DNA of 64,000 nt from Octopus bimaculoides (taxonomy: Eukaryota), in assembly GCF_001194135.2 (NCBI RefSeq), contig NC_069003.1, positions 22,258,703 to 22,322,702 on the forward strand, given 5' to 3'. The notes beneath the pieces are model-generated. The model saw only the letters and a program-made list of their open reading frames with translations, did no database searches and was not told the DNA's origin. Shown here one piece after another: positions 1 to 12,261 of this stretch (the stretch's first letter is position 1; each line of letters starts with the position of its first letter). A program made the position numbers and the translations under genes.

Positions 1-343
1 GAGAGAGAGAGAGAGAGAGAGAGAGAGATGTTTACATGTAAATGTTGTGCATGTATATATATTTAGATACATACAAACATCTGTAAATTTCTACTTATAA
101 TTACTAATGTTACGACTACACGTTCTAAAACGAAAGAGCCACAACATGGTCGGCTGGGTTGTTAGACATAGCAGTTACATTTCAATGCAAATCGGAACAT
201 CTGAGAATACAATCCTATATATATATATATACTTATGGCCGTTAGTGAGTGACCATTGATTTCGCAACTATAAAGTTCTTAGCGGCGTATAGATGAATTC
301 TCAGGCTCGATGGTCTGGGGCACAATGGTATTCCTGAGAGGGA

Positions 344-394
<51 letters not shown>

Positions 395-739
395 AGTGAT
401 TTTTTGGTCTGTTCGATCAGTGCAGACATGCGGTCAAAACTATTACTACTTCGATTTCATATCGATATCGGATTTCAGGGGTCGGACATTCGAGTCTTCG
501 CGTTTTTGTGGTTCAACCCCGGCTGGAGTCATATTAACTTTGCCTTTCATGTCTATCCGCATCCCTCCACTTCTTGCTCTCAGGGTAGTCGGGCACACAC
601 ACGCACACACATTTTTTACGGTCCAAATTTTAAAAAAAATTATCATTGTTGGTTAGTTCCTTCTGCTGTTTGGTTTTAATTTGGACAATTAATTGTATTT
701 TTGATTTATTTTGAGAATTTTAGCTTCGTAATTGATTTT

Positions 740-840
740 AAAGGCGAATGCGTCTGACGTAATGCCAATTAGATCTATACCTTTAAAAAACGGTAAATGA
801 CGTCGTCTCCTCGCACCGACATTTGGTAAACCAATACCAA
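740..840. promoter_or_regulatory. Candidate promoter: CRE/ATF-like TGACGTAA (755-762) and TGACGTC (798-804), CCAAT boxes (765-769, 831-835)
   Basis: Motifs read directly; they lie in the only visibly CpG-rich, non-repeat part of the window (~100-1800); function is inference. Confidence 0.35.
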
Positions 841-2936
841 AATATTGCTATATATATATATATATATATTTCACCACGTGTGTGTGTGTGTGTATATATA
901 CATACATATACACTCACTGTTTATCAACACACCGAAACTATTTACTCGCTACTAATTCTCTGTCTGTGGCCGGCTTAGAATAATCTGGGACGACGTTAGC
1001 ACAACCATGTGTTTTTATTCCAGTATTTCAAAACATACTTAAAATAACTATACTAAATATTGTTAGGATCCGTGAGGCGAGGTGAACCTTTCATTTATTT
1101 ATAATTTTGGTATTAGGGGATAAACCAATTATTGACAGGTGCACGAGAACCTGTTAGGGACAAATCTGAGCTAAGGAAAAGAAAAATATAATGAATCGTT
1201 AACTTTTTTTACAAATTCGTAATTATACAATTTATTGATTCATTAAATTACAGTTTATTTTTTATATGGAGTTTTAGATTCGAATTAGATTGCAACCGAG
1301 GGCTTCGTGAAACTCTGAAGCACACACACACACACACACACACGTCCTATTAAGGGTGTCGTACTCAACGTAGAAGCCTCTTTGGTTTCTGGGCCTACAC
1401 AAGTTTTTCGATGAATTGCTCGGACGATAAGTAATACATATTTTCTCATAATAGCGGGTTGCAGGATCGTAGCTGATCTGATTGGGTGGACCTGTGGGTA
1501 GGACCCTAAGCTACTCAAAACAGCGACAGGATACATGAATTTTCGGCATTCGTTTGTATGTGGATTTTAAAAAGGGCTTTCTTCGTTTATTATTCCGCGA
1601 AAGGGGTGAGAGAAAGACTGTCTTCTGTTTGTATTTTGAACGTCCACAGATTCAGAATTTGAAAGAAAAAAATTCTTTTAAAAATTTCTTTTTAAATAAT
1701 TGAAGATTGACTTTGTATTTGTTTTTTTTTTTGTTTTTTTTTTAATCTGTTTACGAATGTAGCGAGTACTTGCGCGCGCGCGCTTTTTATCTTGTGCGTG
1801 TTTCAGTCATTAGACTGCGGCCTTGCTAGGGAACCGCCTTGAAGGATTTTAGTCGAATGGATCTTCCCCTGTACTTATTTTTTTTTTAAAGTCTGGTACT
1901 TATTCTATCGAATCACTAAATTACGAGGACGTAAACACACCAACACCGGTTGTCAAACGGGGCGGAGAGTAACATATACATACATACAGACAGACAACAT
2001 AAATACATGTGTATACATATGTAATATATATATATATATATAAACATAATTAAGGGATCATCAAATATTTGGTTCACCATATACCGAAGTTCAGAAATAG
2101 CAGCTAAAATATATATATATAATGTAAGAAAGTTAGGGGTTGAGGATTCAACCCACTAAGGGACCCGGTTGTCAAAATAACATGGTTTGTTATAAACACC
2201 TGTACTTTGTGGGGTTTTTTTTTTTTTGTCACTTTAGCTATGAATTAAATTAATGAATTCAACGGGATACACTGTCTGCAAGTAGTTGGGTTCAGCATAT
2301 TATCCTCCATTTTCTAATTGATATATATATAATGTATATACTGCGAGTTTCATTGAGTTTCCATCTACCAAGTCCTTACACAAGGCTCTGGTTACTCCAA
2401 AGTATCATGCAGTGGGACTGAACCCAAAGCTATGTGGTTGGAAACCAAGTTTCTTCCCACACACCCACGTTTTACGCACACACACACACGCACGCACGCG
2501 CACATATAATGTTTCTGTATGAAGTTATATATAAATAATAGCTGATGGATCACTCAGTCGTTTTTAATAGCGCACTTATTCATTTTAAAAGCTAAATTTT
2601 GCCAGTGATTTTGAAGTTTCAGTTTATTTAATTATTGGTTTCTCTTACAAGGTGGCACATAGCTTAGTGGTTAGTTTGTTGGATTCATAATCATAAGGTT
2701 ATGCTTTTGATTCCTAGAGTGGACGTTGCTTTGTTTTCTTGAGCAAAACACTTCATTTCACATTACTCCAGTCCACTCAGCTAGCAAAAGTGAGTAATCC
2801 TGTGATGAACTTGCATCCCGTCCAGTGGGAGAAATATATACACCATGGAACGCAGGAAATCAGTCCTCTGAGTGTATGTGACTGGAAGGATCTTTATCCT
2901 TATCTTATCCTTGCAAGATTTGTACTCTTGCATTCT

Positions 2937-3283
2937 ACGAACTACATGGTTCTGGGTTCAGTCCTACTGCGTGGCACCTAGGGCAAGTGTCTTCTACTAT
3001 AGCCTCGGGCCAACCAAAGCCTTGTGAGTGGATTTGGTAGACAGAAACTGAAAGAAGCCCGTCATATATATGTGTATGTGTGTGTGTATATGTTTGCCCC
3101 CCCAACATCGCTTGACAACCGGTGCTGGTGTGTTTACGTCCCCCGTAACTTAGCGGTTCAGCAAAAGAGACCGATAGAATAAGTACTAGGCTTACAAAGA
3201 ATAAGCTCTGGGGGTCGACTTGCTCGACTAGAGGCAGTGCTCCAGCATGGCCGCAGTCAAATGACTGAAACAAGTAAAAGAGT
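2937..3283 (+). mobile_element. tRNA-derived SINE family A (head + TA/CA microsatellite + body)
   Basis: B-box-like GGTTCAGTCC head; body shared with copies at 8173, 17585, 20634, 28453, 40255, 53595, 60068, 63155. Confidence 0.8.
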
Positions 3284-3434
3284 ATATTACATACTAAAAA
3301 TGTTTCTTCTAATCCCTTCCTCTTAAAATGAATTCCCCCAAGGAAACTTCTGTACCTGTGACCCTGTATGGGTCATTCAACATTACATTATTAAGTATAT
3401 TAATGTACCCTTACAAAGTGAACTATATAGTGAA

Positions 3435-3727
3435 GGTGTGTGGCTTAGTGGTTAGTGTAATTGGCTCACAATTGTAAGGTTGTGAGTTCAGTTCCCATGG
3501 CGTGTTGTATTTTTGCTCCAGTCCACTCAGCTGGCAAAAATGAATTGTACCTGTAATTCAAAGGGTCAGTCATGTCACATTCTGTGTTATACTGAATCTC
3601 TCTGAGAACTGCATTAAGGGTACGTGTGTCTGTGGAGTGCTCAGCCACTTGCACATTAATTTCATGAGCAGGCTGTTCCGTTGATCGGATCAACTGGAAC
3701 CCTCATCATCATAACTGACAGCGTGCC
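3435..3727 (+). mobile_element. tRNA-derived SINE family B2
   Basis: tggcttagtggttag A-box, gagttcagttcc B-box, ctccagtccactcagctg core; related copies at 5926, 10895(-), 42335(-), 58530(-), 58960(-), 60635(-). Confidence 0.8.
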
Positions 3728-4829
3728 GGTTATACTCTTATGCGATGTATTACTGGGTACCTAACTTTAATTGCTGTTTCTAACGGTCCTCCTCCTACAA
3801 TCATCACCATTATCATTTAATGTTTGTTTTCTATGCTGGCAAGGGTTGGATGGTTTGTCAGGATCCTATGATCTACTGNNNNNNNNNNGGTTTGTCAGGA
3901 TCCTATGATCTACTGGGCTGTTTCAGGCCCTAATGTCAACTTTGGCTTGATTTCTACCGATGGTTGCTCTTCTTCTTATCAGCCATTTCACAGAGTGTGC
4001 CATGTTCTTTTATGGCACCAGCACTAGTGAGGTCACCAAGGTAAAGAAAAGAATCCCTTCAACTGAATGGGAGTACATTTGAGGGACAGGCAAGGGGCTT
4101 TATGCCAGGTGTTGAAGGCTAAAGTATGATAATGGGACAAGCGTGGCCAACCTACATTATGTAGGTTGTGTATCTCCTCTATAACAAGACGTGTGTGTCT
4201 TGTAATAGAGAAGATACACAGCCCATATAATGTGGGAGATATGTGTGTGTATGTTTGTATAAGGTAACTGAATAGACATGACATGGTGACAGAGAGCTGG
4301 TCAAAACCCTACTGTAATTGGAAATCCAAGCACATGGGAGGGAGGGTGTACTGTTAGCCATCTTATTTCCACATTCTACTTTAAAATATATCTCTCTCAC
4401 ATACACACACACACACACACATACTTATCTTTATATTGAAAACCTGTGTGAAACTCTTTTCCTGGAAAGCTGTGTCAAGTAGTGTCACATCCTGTCAATA
4501 AAGCTATGTCTGTTGTTTAGCATGGAACCTTTTCCTAATCTAGTAGAACTGTGGTTCAGTGCCATTAAAAGCCATTCATATTATTATTATTATTATTTGA
4601 ATGAGCTGGCAGAATCATGAGTACTTTAGGCAAAATACTTAGTGGTATTTCCTCTAATTTCTCTTTACATTCTGAGTTCAAATTCTGCCTAAATCAACTT
4701 TGCTTTTCATCTTTTGGGGGTCAATAAAATGAGTTGATGTAATCGATTTACCCCCTGCGCCAAAATTAGTAACCATGTGCCAAAATTTGAAACCATTATT
4801 ATTATTATTATTTGTACTTTAGATTTGTG

Positions 4830-5157
4830 AAGGCTCAGTGGTCAGAGCGTCGAACTTACGACCGTGAGGTTGTGGGTTCGAATCCCGGACCGGGCTGCGT
4901 GTTGTGTTCTTGAGCAAGACACTTTATTTCATGTTGCTCTAGTTCACCCAGCTGTAGAAATGAGTTGTGACGTTACAAGTGCCAAGCTGTATCAGCCCCT
5001 TTGCCTTTCCCTTGGATAACACCGGTGGCATGGAGAGGGGAGGCTGGTATGCATGGGTGACTGCTGGTCTTCCATAAACAACCTTGCCCAGACTTGTGCC
5101 TGGGAGGGTAACTTTCTAGGTGCAATCCCATGGTTATTCATGACCGAAAGGGGTCTC
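4830..5157 (+). mobile_element. tRNA-derived SINE family B1
   Basis: ggctcagtggtcagagcg...ggttcgaatccc tRNA-like head; near-identical copy at 15620-15951. Confidence 0.85.
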
Positions 5158-5358
5158 CGACTTTAGATTCTGAAATCAAATTCTGCTGAAGTCAACTTAT
5201 CTCCTAAAATTATTGTCCTTGTACCAAAATACTGATCATCACCAACTATTTCTGTTAACTTTCTCAGAATGATGTTATTTCTCTGTCTGGTGGTGAGCAG
5301 GTGGGTGGATGTATAAAAGAACAAACTTTAACCCTTTTATTATATTTTTGTTGAAATA

Positions 5359-5656
5359 CAGGGTGTCCACAAAGTCTGGGTACATGGGGATTAACCCCAT
5401 ACTTTAAGAAATAATAATTTCTTATATTTAATTGTTTATGCTATGATTTTATTTACTCCATCTACCCACATGGAGATTAACACATACTTTAAGAAATTAT
5501 TATTTCTTATATTTAATTGTTTATGCTATGATTTTATTTACTCCATGTACCCACATGGGGATTAACACATACTTTAAGAATTTATTATTTCTTATATTTA
5601 ATTGTTTATGTCATGATTTTATTTACTCCATGTAACCAGACATTGTGGACACCTTG
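5359..5656. mobile_element. Tc1/mariner-type MITE with internally triplicated ~85-bp core
   Basis: TIR cagggtgtccacaaagtctggg / ccagacattgtggacaccttg, TA on both sides; core starts at 5382, 5468, 5553. Confidence 0.85.
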
Positions 5657-5925
5657 TACATTGCTTTTGTTTGAGTTAATTTTGAAAACTATGAAGAATT
5701 TAGTAAAATATTTTTGTCACTATTAAGCTGGTGTTAGGAACATAAATTAACATGAAATTTTTATGGAAGGTTTTGATTTAGATCACTTTAAAATAGGAAG
5801 TTTGTATCATAGAACTGGGGTCACTCTCAGCTGAGTTACAGGACACATAGACTGATAACAAATTACGGGGTGGGAGCGCTAAGCAGTGATGTGTATAAAT
5901 GTAATGTTGTTACTAGTTTGAAGTG

Positions 5926-6280
5926 GAGGTGCAATGGCCCAGTGGTTAGGGCAGTGGACTCGCGGTTTCGATTTCCCAGAAGTGAGTGTTTATTGAGCGA
6001 AAACACCTAAAGTTCCATGAGGCTCTGGCAGGGGATGGTGGCGAACCCTGCTGTACTCTTCCACCACAACTTTCTCTCACTCTTTCCCCCTGTTTCTGTT
6101 GTGCCTGTAGTTCAAAGGGTCAGCCTTGTCACACTGTGTCACACTGAATATCCCCGAGAACTACGTTAAGGGTACACGTGTCTGTGGAGTGCTCAGCCAC
6201 TTGCACGTTAATTTCACGAGCAGGCTGTTCCGTTGATCGTATCAGCTGGAACCCTCGACGTCGTAAGCGACGGAGTGCCA
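5926..6280 (+). mobile_element. SINE family B2 variant
   Basis: tggcccagtggttagggcagtggactcgcgg tRNA-like head; 3' body as in 3435-3727. Confidence 0.75.
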
Positions 6281-6399
6281 ACAACAACAACATACTAGTT
6301 TGAATATTCCAGTGGCAAGTTCAAACTCCTTGACAAGCCATTCACTGTGATGTGTCATGGAGAAAATTTCTCACTGTAGACAAATGGTGTCACAAATAT

Positions 6400-7175
6400 T
6401 TAACCCTTTTGTTACTATACTTCGATTAAAATAAGCTGTTTTTGTTTCAAATAATGAAGAATTTAGTAAAATAACTTTGTCATTAAGCTGATGTTTGGAA
6501 CATTATTTAACGGAATTTTGAGAGAAGGTTTTGGATCACTCTAACCTTTTTGTTACCATATTTCTGTTGAAATGTGCTGCCTTTGTCTTAATTAATTTTG
6601 AAAATAATGAAGAATTTTAGTAAAATAACTTTATCCTTATTTAGCTGGCATTTGTAACCTAACTTAAACCGAAATTTAGATAGTAGGTTTTAATTTAGAT
6701 CAGTTTAACCTATTTGTTACCATAATTCTGTTGAAAGACATTGGATTTGTTTCAATTAATTTTTAAAGTAATGAAGAATTTAACTTTGACATTATTATTT
6801 TGATGTTTGGGACATAAACTAACATGAAATTTTGATGGAAGGTTTTAGTTTAAATCAGTTTAACCCACTTGTTACCATAATTCTGTTGAAAGACAATGGG
6901 TTTGTTTCAATTAATTTTAAAAATAAGTTAGTAAAATAACTATGTCGTTATTATTAAGCTGTTTGGAATCTAACTTAACGTGAAATTTTGGTAGAAGGTT
7001 TTAATATAGATCACTTGAAAACAAGACATTTGTGTCATAGAACCAGGAGCAGTCTCAGGTGGCTTGGCATCAAAATAGTTAACCCATTTGTTTCTATATT
7101 TCTGTGTTAACACACTGTGTTTATTTGAATTAAATTTGAAAATAATTATGAATTTAGTAAAATAACTTTGTCGTT
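6400..7175 (+). repeat. Tandem array of ~5 truncated copies of a piggyBac-type MITE (TTAACCC...)
   Basis: Recurring taacccttttgttaccata..ctgttgaaa..tttgtttcaattaattttgaaaataatgaagaattt unit; dispersed copies end aaagggttaa-like (16457, 36450). Confidence 0.7.
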
Positions 7176-8172
7176 ATTATATTACTGAATATGGCTGCAA
7201 ACTGGCAAAATCACGCTGGGAAAATTGCTTAGCAACATTTCATCCGTCTTTGCATTCTGAGTTCAAATTCCACCGAGTTTGACTTTGCCTTTTATCCTTT
7301 CAGGGCTAGATCAAACAAGTACCAGTCATGTACTGGGGTTGATGTAACTGACTAGCCCCTTCCTCCAAAATTTCAGGCCTTATACCTATAGTAGAAAGGA
7401 TTATTATGTTAGTGAATGGAACATAAATTACTCTGAAATTTCGATGGAATGTTTTGATTTAGATTGAGTGAATTTGTATCATAAGTTCAAGGGTGGTCAC
7501 AGGCAGGTTGGTACCAAAATCACTGTAGAAAAAGTAAAATCTTGTCTCACTCACCGCATACATTTCTGGATGATGATATAATTGTAAGAAAGTAATTCAC
7601 AAATGGAAATAATTTGCCTAGATAGTGTGAAGTATAAATTGTGATGTTGACAAAATCTTTGCATATCTGTGTGTGTGTGTGTGTGTATATNNNNNNNNNN
7701 ATATATATACACACACACACACACACAACCGTTGTTATTTGTTTTGTATACACAACACTATTTGAACCAATCAGCAATGAAAGGAGTGTTCCACTGGTAA
7801 CTATCCTGTTTAGTTATTTGTGTCTAGGATTACATCAAAATGAAGGTACATAACTGAGTAGTTAGGGCTTTAAACTATTAATTAGAAGATCATAGGTTCA
7901 GCTTTTGGACCAAGTGAAAGACTTTGCATCCTCGAGCAAGGCATTATATTTCACATTGCGTCAGCCCACACTGTCATCACCACCACCAATGACTGTTGGG
8001 GGTTTAACTCTGTAATAGGCTATTGTCCCCTTAAACCCTTTGGAAATTTTGGGGTAAGCTCTAGCATAATAGAGCATAAATTTTAACTTTCAACTTTTTT
8101 TTGTTTTTAAGATAAGGTGTGACTTGGAGGAAAAGCAAGGTGGATGTTAAAATGATGATTTATATAAGGCGT

Positions 8173-8329
8173 AGGAGTGGCTGTGTGGTAAGTAGCTTGC
8201 TTACCAACCACATGTTTCCGGGTTCAGTCCCACTGCGTGGCACCTTGGGAAAGTGTCTTCTACTATAGCCTCGGGCCGACCAAAGCCTTGTGAGTGGATT
8301 TGGTAGACGGAAAATGAAAGAAGCCCGTC

Positions 8330-8330
<1 letters not shown>
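8173..8330 (+). mobile_element. SINE family A 5' half, broken by a gap
   Basis: ggagtggctgtgtggtaag...gaagcccgtcg then (TA)n and Ns. Confidence 0.8.
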
Positions 8331-8361
<31 letters not shown>

Positions 8362-8704
8362 NNNNNNNNNNNNNNNNNNNNNNNNNNNNNNNNNNNNNNN
8401 NNNNNNNNNNNNNNNNNNNNNNNNNNNNNNNNNNNNNNNNNNNNNNNNNNNNNNNNNNNNNNNNNNNNNNNNNNNNNNNNNNNNNNNNNNNNNNNNNNNN
8501 NNNNNNNNNNNNNNNNNNNNNNNNNNNNNNNNNNNNNNNNNNNNNNNNNNNNNNNNNNNNNNNNNNNNNNNNNNNNNNNNNNNNNNNNNNNNNNNNNNNN
8601 NNNNNNNNNNNNNNNNNNNNNNNNNNNNNNNNNNNNNNNNNNNNNNNNNNNNNNNNNNNNNNNNNNNNNNNNNNNNNNNNNATATATATATATATATATA
8701 CATA

Positions 8705-8920
8705 CAAGGGGGTACTGAAAAGTTCCTGGCTTTGGGTAAAAGAAAATACAGGAGGATCAGTTAATTATGATTTTATTCAACATATTCCCCTCTCAGATTC
8801 ACTCACTTATTGCAGTGTTCCTTCAGTTTTTGTAAGCCCTGTAAAAGAACTCGGAAGCTAGGCCTCTAACAAGGCTTTTCTTGAGACCTTTAAAGCCACA
8901 AACTTTTCGGCACCCCCTCC
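8705..8920. mobile_element. Mariner-type MITE
   Basis: caagggggtactgaaaagtt / aacttttcggcaccccctcc inverted termini, TA flanks. Confidence 0.75.
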
Positions 8921-9239
8921 TACATCTGCATTTCCATGTGAGTAGTATGGGGGTTCAGTAGTTTTTGTGAGGTTGTGTTTTACAGCCTGATATGCTTCCT
9001 GTTGCCAACTGGTAATCATCTCTTAAGACATGCTGGGACACAGTGTAGCTATTCTAGGGGCAGTGGATTTGCAGAATTTGGAAAGAGATGGACAAAATAC
9101 CTTGCAGCATTTATTCACATCCCTTTACATTCTTGATTCAAATCTCCTTTCAACCCTATAAGGTTGATAAAGGACCAGTGAATTATTAAGTCAATATTAT
9201 TTGATGTTCAGTTATGTGGGTGCTGGTACCTCATCAAAA

Positions 9240-9865
9240 ACACTGATGTTAGTGTCATGTAAAAAGCACTGGTGCTGGTGTCACTTAAAAGGCACTGGTG
9301 CTTGTGCCACATAAGATGTTCTGGTGCTGGTGCCACGTAAAAAGCTCTGGTGCCATGTAAAGAACACTGGTGCTGGTGTCACATGAAAATCACTAGTGCT
9401 GGTGTCACATGAAAATCACTGGTGCTAGTGCCACATGAAAAGCACTGGTGCTGGTGCCACATAAAAAGCACTGGTGTTGGTGTCACATGAAAAGCACTGG
9501 TGCTGGTGCCACATAAAAAGCACTGGTGTTGGTGACACATAAAAATGTGCTGGTCCCACGTAAAAAACACTGGTGCTGGTGCCACTTAAAAAGCACTGGT
9601 GCTGGTGTCACATGAAAAGCGCTGGTGCCACATAAAAAGCACTGGTGTTGGTGCCACGTAAAAATGTGCTGGTCCCACGTAAAAAACACTGGTGCTGGTG
9701 CCACTTAAAAAGCACTGGTGCTGGTGTCACATGAAAAGTACTGGTGCCACGTAAAAAGCTCTGTTAGTGGTGCCATATAAAAAGCTCTGGTAGTGGTACC
9801 ACATAAAAAGCTCTGGTTCTTGTGCCACGTAAAAAGCTCTGGTTGTGGTGCCACATAAAAAGCAT
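9240..9865 (+). repeat. 26-bp minisatellite (aaaaagcactggtgctggtgccacat)n
   Basis: >20 degenerate head-to-tail units, no spacers; runs into RTE 3' UTR sequence at ~9865-10005. Confidence 0.9.
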
Positions 9866-10424
9866 TGAGTACATTCTGTAAAGTGGTTTGTATTAGAAAG
9901 GACGTCCAGTTGTAGAAACCAAGCTAAACCAGACTATGGAACCTGGTGTGGCCTCACCAGTTTCAGTCAAGCTGTCTAACCCATGGAAATGTTGATGATG
10001 GTGATATTTCCAAATCTTAAAGAATAGATTCTTCCAAATCTTAAAGAATAATGATAATACATGTAAACGGTCCTCCATATTTCTGTGTGTGTGTACGTAA
10101 ATACTTTTTTGTATTTATTTGACAAATGATTTGATCTGTGATTGTGTGTTCTAACTATAACAAGTCTTATATTTTCAATGGTATATGTTTCTTTTTTATC
10201 AGTCTTACAACCTAATCAATGAGACATTAATTTATTCTGTATATCTTATCATATAATAATCTATTTCTCTATCTATTTATCTTTCCAACCATCCATTTAG
10301 TTATTCATCTGTCCAACCTCCCATCCATCTATTTCATCTTTTTACCTACATATTCATCTATCCATCCCCACATCCTTGCACCTGTCCATCCATTCTTCCT
10401 AATTAACTAACTCGCACTCTGTCA

Positions 10425-10900
10425 GCTACCATGTAAAAAGCACTGTTGCTGGTGTCACATCAAAAGCCCTGGTGCTGGTGTCACATAAAAAGCCCTGGTG
10501 CTGGTGCCACATAAAAAGCCCTAGTGCTGGTGTCACATAAAAAGCTCTGGTGCTGGTACCACATAAAAAGCCCTGGTGCTGGTGCCACATCAAAAGCCCT
10601 GGTGCTGGTGTCACATAAAAAGCCCTGGTGNNNNNNNNNNNNNNNNNNNNNNNNNNNNNNNNNNNNNNNNNNNNNNNNNNNNNNNNNNNNNNNNNNNNNN
10701 NNNNNNNNNNNNNNNNNNNNNNNNNNNNNNNNNNNNNNNNNNNNNNNNNNNNNNNNNNNNNNNNNNNNNNNNNNNNNNNNNNNNNNNNNNNNNNNNNNNN
10801 NNNNNNNNNNNNNNNTGCTGGTGCCACATAAAAAGCCCTGGTGCTGGTGCCACATAAAAAGCCCTGGTGCTGGTGCCACATAAAAAGCCCTGGTGCTGGT
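10425..10900 (+). repeat. 26-bp minisatellite (aaaaagccctggtgctggtgccacat)n spanning a gap
   Basis: More homogeneous variant of the 9240 unit; N gap 10631-10815. Confidence 0.9.
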
Positions 10901-11119
10901 CCCAGCATAGTTCTCAGGGAGATTCAGCATGACACAGGATGTGACCAGGCTGGCCCTTTCAAGTACAGGTGCAACCAAATTTTGCCAGCTGAGTGGACTG
11001 GAGCAACATCAAATAAAGTGTCTTGCTCAAGGACATAATGTGCCACTGGATATAGAACTCACGACTTTATGATCATGATCCAAATCCCCTGACAACTAAG
11101 CCATGTACCTTCACCTCCT

Positions 11120-12050
11120 TCCTACCCAACATCCATCCACCCACCCAGTGAACCTTCTGTCCATCCTGCCATCTGTCCATCCGTTCTTACATCCTTTCAT
11201 CCAACCACCCAGACATCTGTCAGTCCATCCTTCCATCCATCTGTTCACCCATTCAACTATCACTCCAGCTTGTCAGCCAACCATCCATCCATCATCCATC
11301 TATCCATTCAACCATCACCATCCAGCCAGCCATTCGACCAACCATCCCCTGCAGCCATCCATACAGCTGGGTATCCAACCATCCATTCAACCATCTAACC
11401 ATCCATCCAACCATCTATCCATTCAACCATCACCATCCAGCCAGCCATTCGACCAACCATCCCTGCAGCCATCCATACAGCTGGGTATCTAACCATCAAT
11501 TCAGCCATCTAACCATCCAACCATCCATCANNNNNNNNNNNNNNNNNNNNNNNNNNNNNNNNNNNNNNNNNNNNNNNNNNNNNNNNNNNNNNNNNNNNNN
11601 NNNNNNNNNNNNNNNNNNNNNNNNNNNNNNNNNNNNNNNNNNNNNNNNNNNNNNNNNNNNNNNNNNNNNNNNNNNNNNNNNNNNNNNNNNNNNNNNNNNN
11701 NNNNNNNNNNNNNNNNNNNNNNNNNNNNNNNNNNNNNNNNNNNNNNNNNNNNNNNNNNNNNNNNNNNNNNNNNNNNNNNNNNNNNNNNNNNNNNNNNNNN
11801 NNNNNNNNNNNNNNNNNNNNNNNNNNNNNNNNNNNNNNNNNNNNNNNNNNNNTCCATCTATCCATTCAACCATCACCATCCAGCCAGCCATTCGACCAAC
11901 CATCCCTGCAGCCATCCATACAGCTGGGTATCTAACCATCAATTCAGCCATCTAACCATCCAACCATCCATCATCCATCCAACCATCACCATCCAGCCAG
12001 CCATTCAACCAACCATCCATTCAACCATCTAACCATCCATCCATCCATCT
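11120..12050 (+). repeat. Degenerate (CCAT)n satellite with ~115-120-bp higher-order unit
   Basis: atctatccattcaaccatcaccatccagccagccattcgacc...cagctgggtat recurs near 11298, 11413, 11856. Confidence 0.85.
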
Positions 12051-12261
12051 GTTCTACTTAAACAGTCCTCTGACATGCTGATTGTTGGTCAAATATTGTT
12101 ATTGTGGTTGTTTAACCCCAGGTCATCTCTCGACCTTCATTGTGTAAAACAGAACAAGCATTTCTACCTCTCCCTCTCCTCCTTGGGTAAACAACATTTT
12201 GTATAGTTTTGGGTTAATCTATACCTTGTGAGGGGAACAGTGTACATAGAAACTATGGAAA

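Noticed and set aside
345-656. ORF containing MSIRIPP, superficially like the RNGTT N-terminus
   Set aside because: Lacks RWLxCPRRG; the true first coding exon is at 13955.
3852-3915. 27-bp direct repeat
   Set aside because: Identical copies flank a 10-N gap; scaffolding artefact.
4830-4900. tRNA gene-like sequence (also 15620, 5926, 3435)
   Set aside because: A and B boxes are followed by shared SINE bodies and no complete cloverleaf is evident; these are SINE heads.
8201-8718. Long ORFs here and at 20906-21507, 30815-31897, 56740-57216 and 61777-62642
   Set aside because: Open only because they run through N gaps and (TA)n/(CA)n tracts.
9240-10900. CRISPR-like regularly spaced ~26-bp repeats
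   Set aside because: Units are directly head-to-tail with no unique spacers, there are no cas genes, and the context is eukaryotic; it is a minisatellite.
11103-11492. 129-aa Pro/His/Ser-rich ORF
   Set aside because: Translation of the (CCAT)n satellite.
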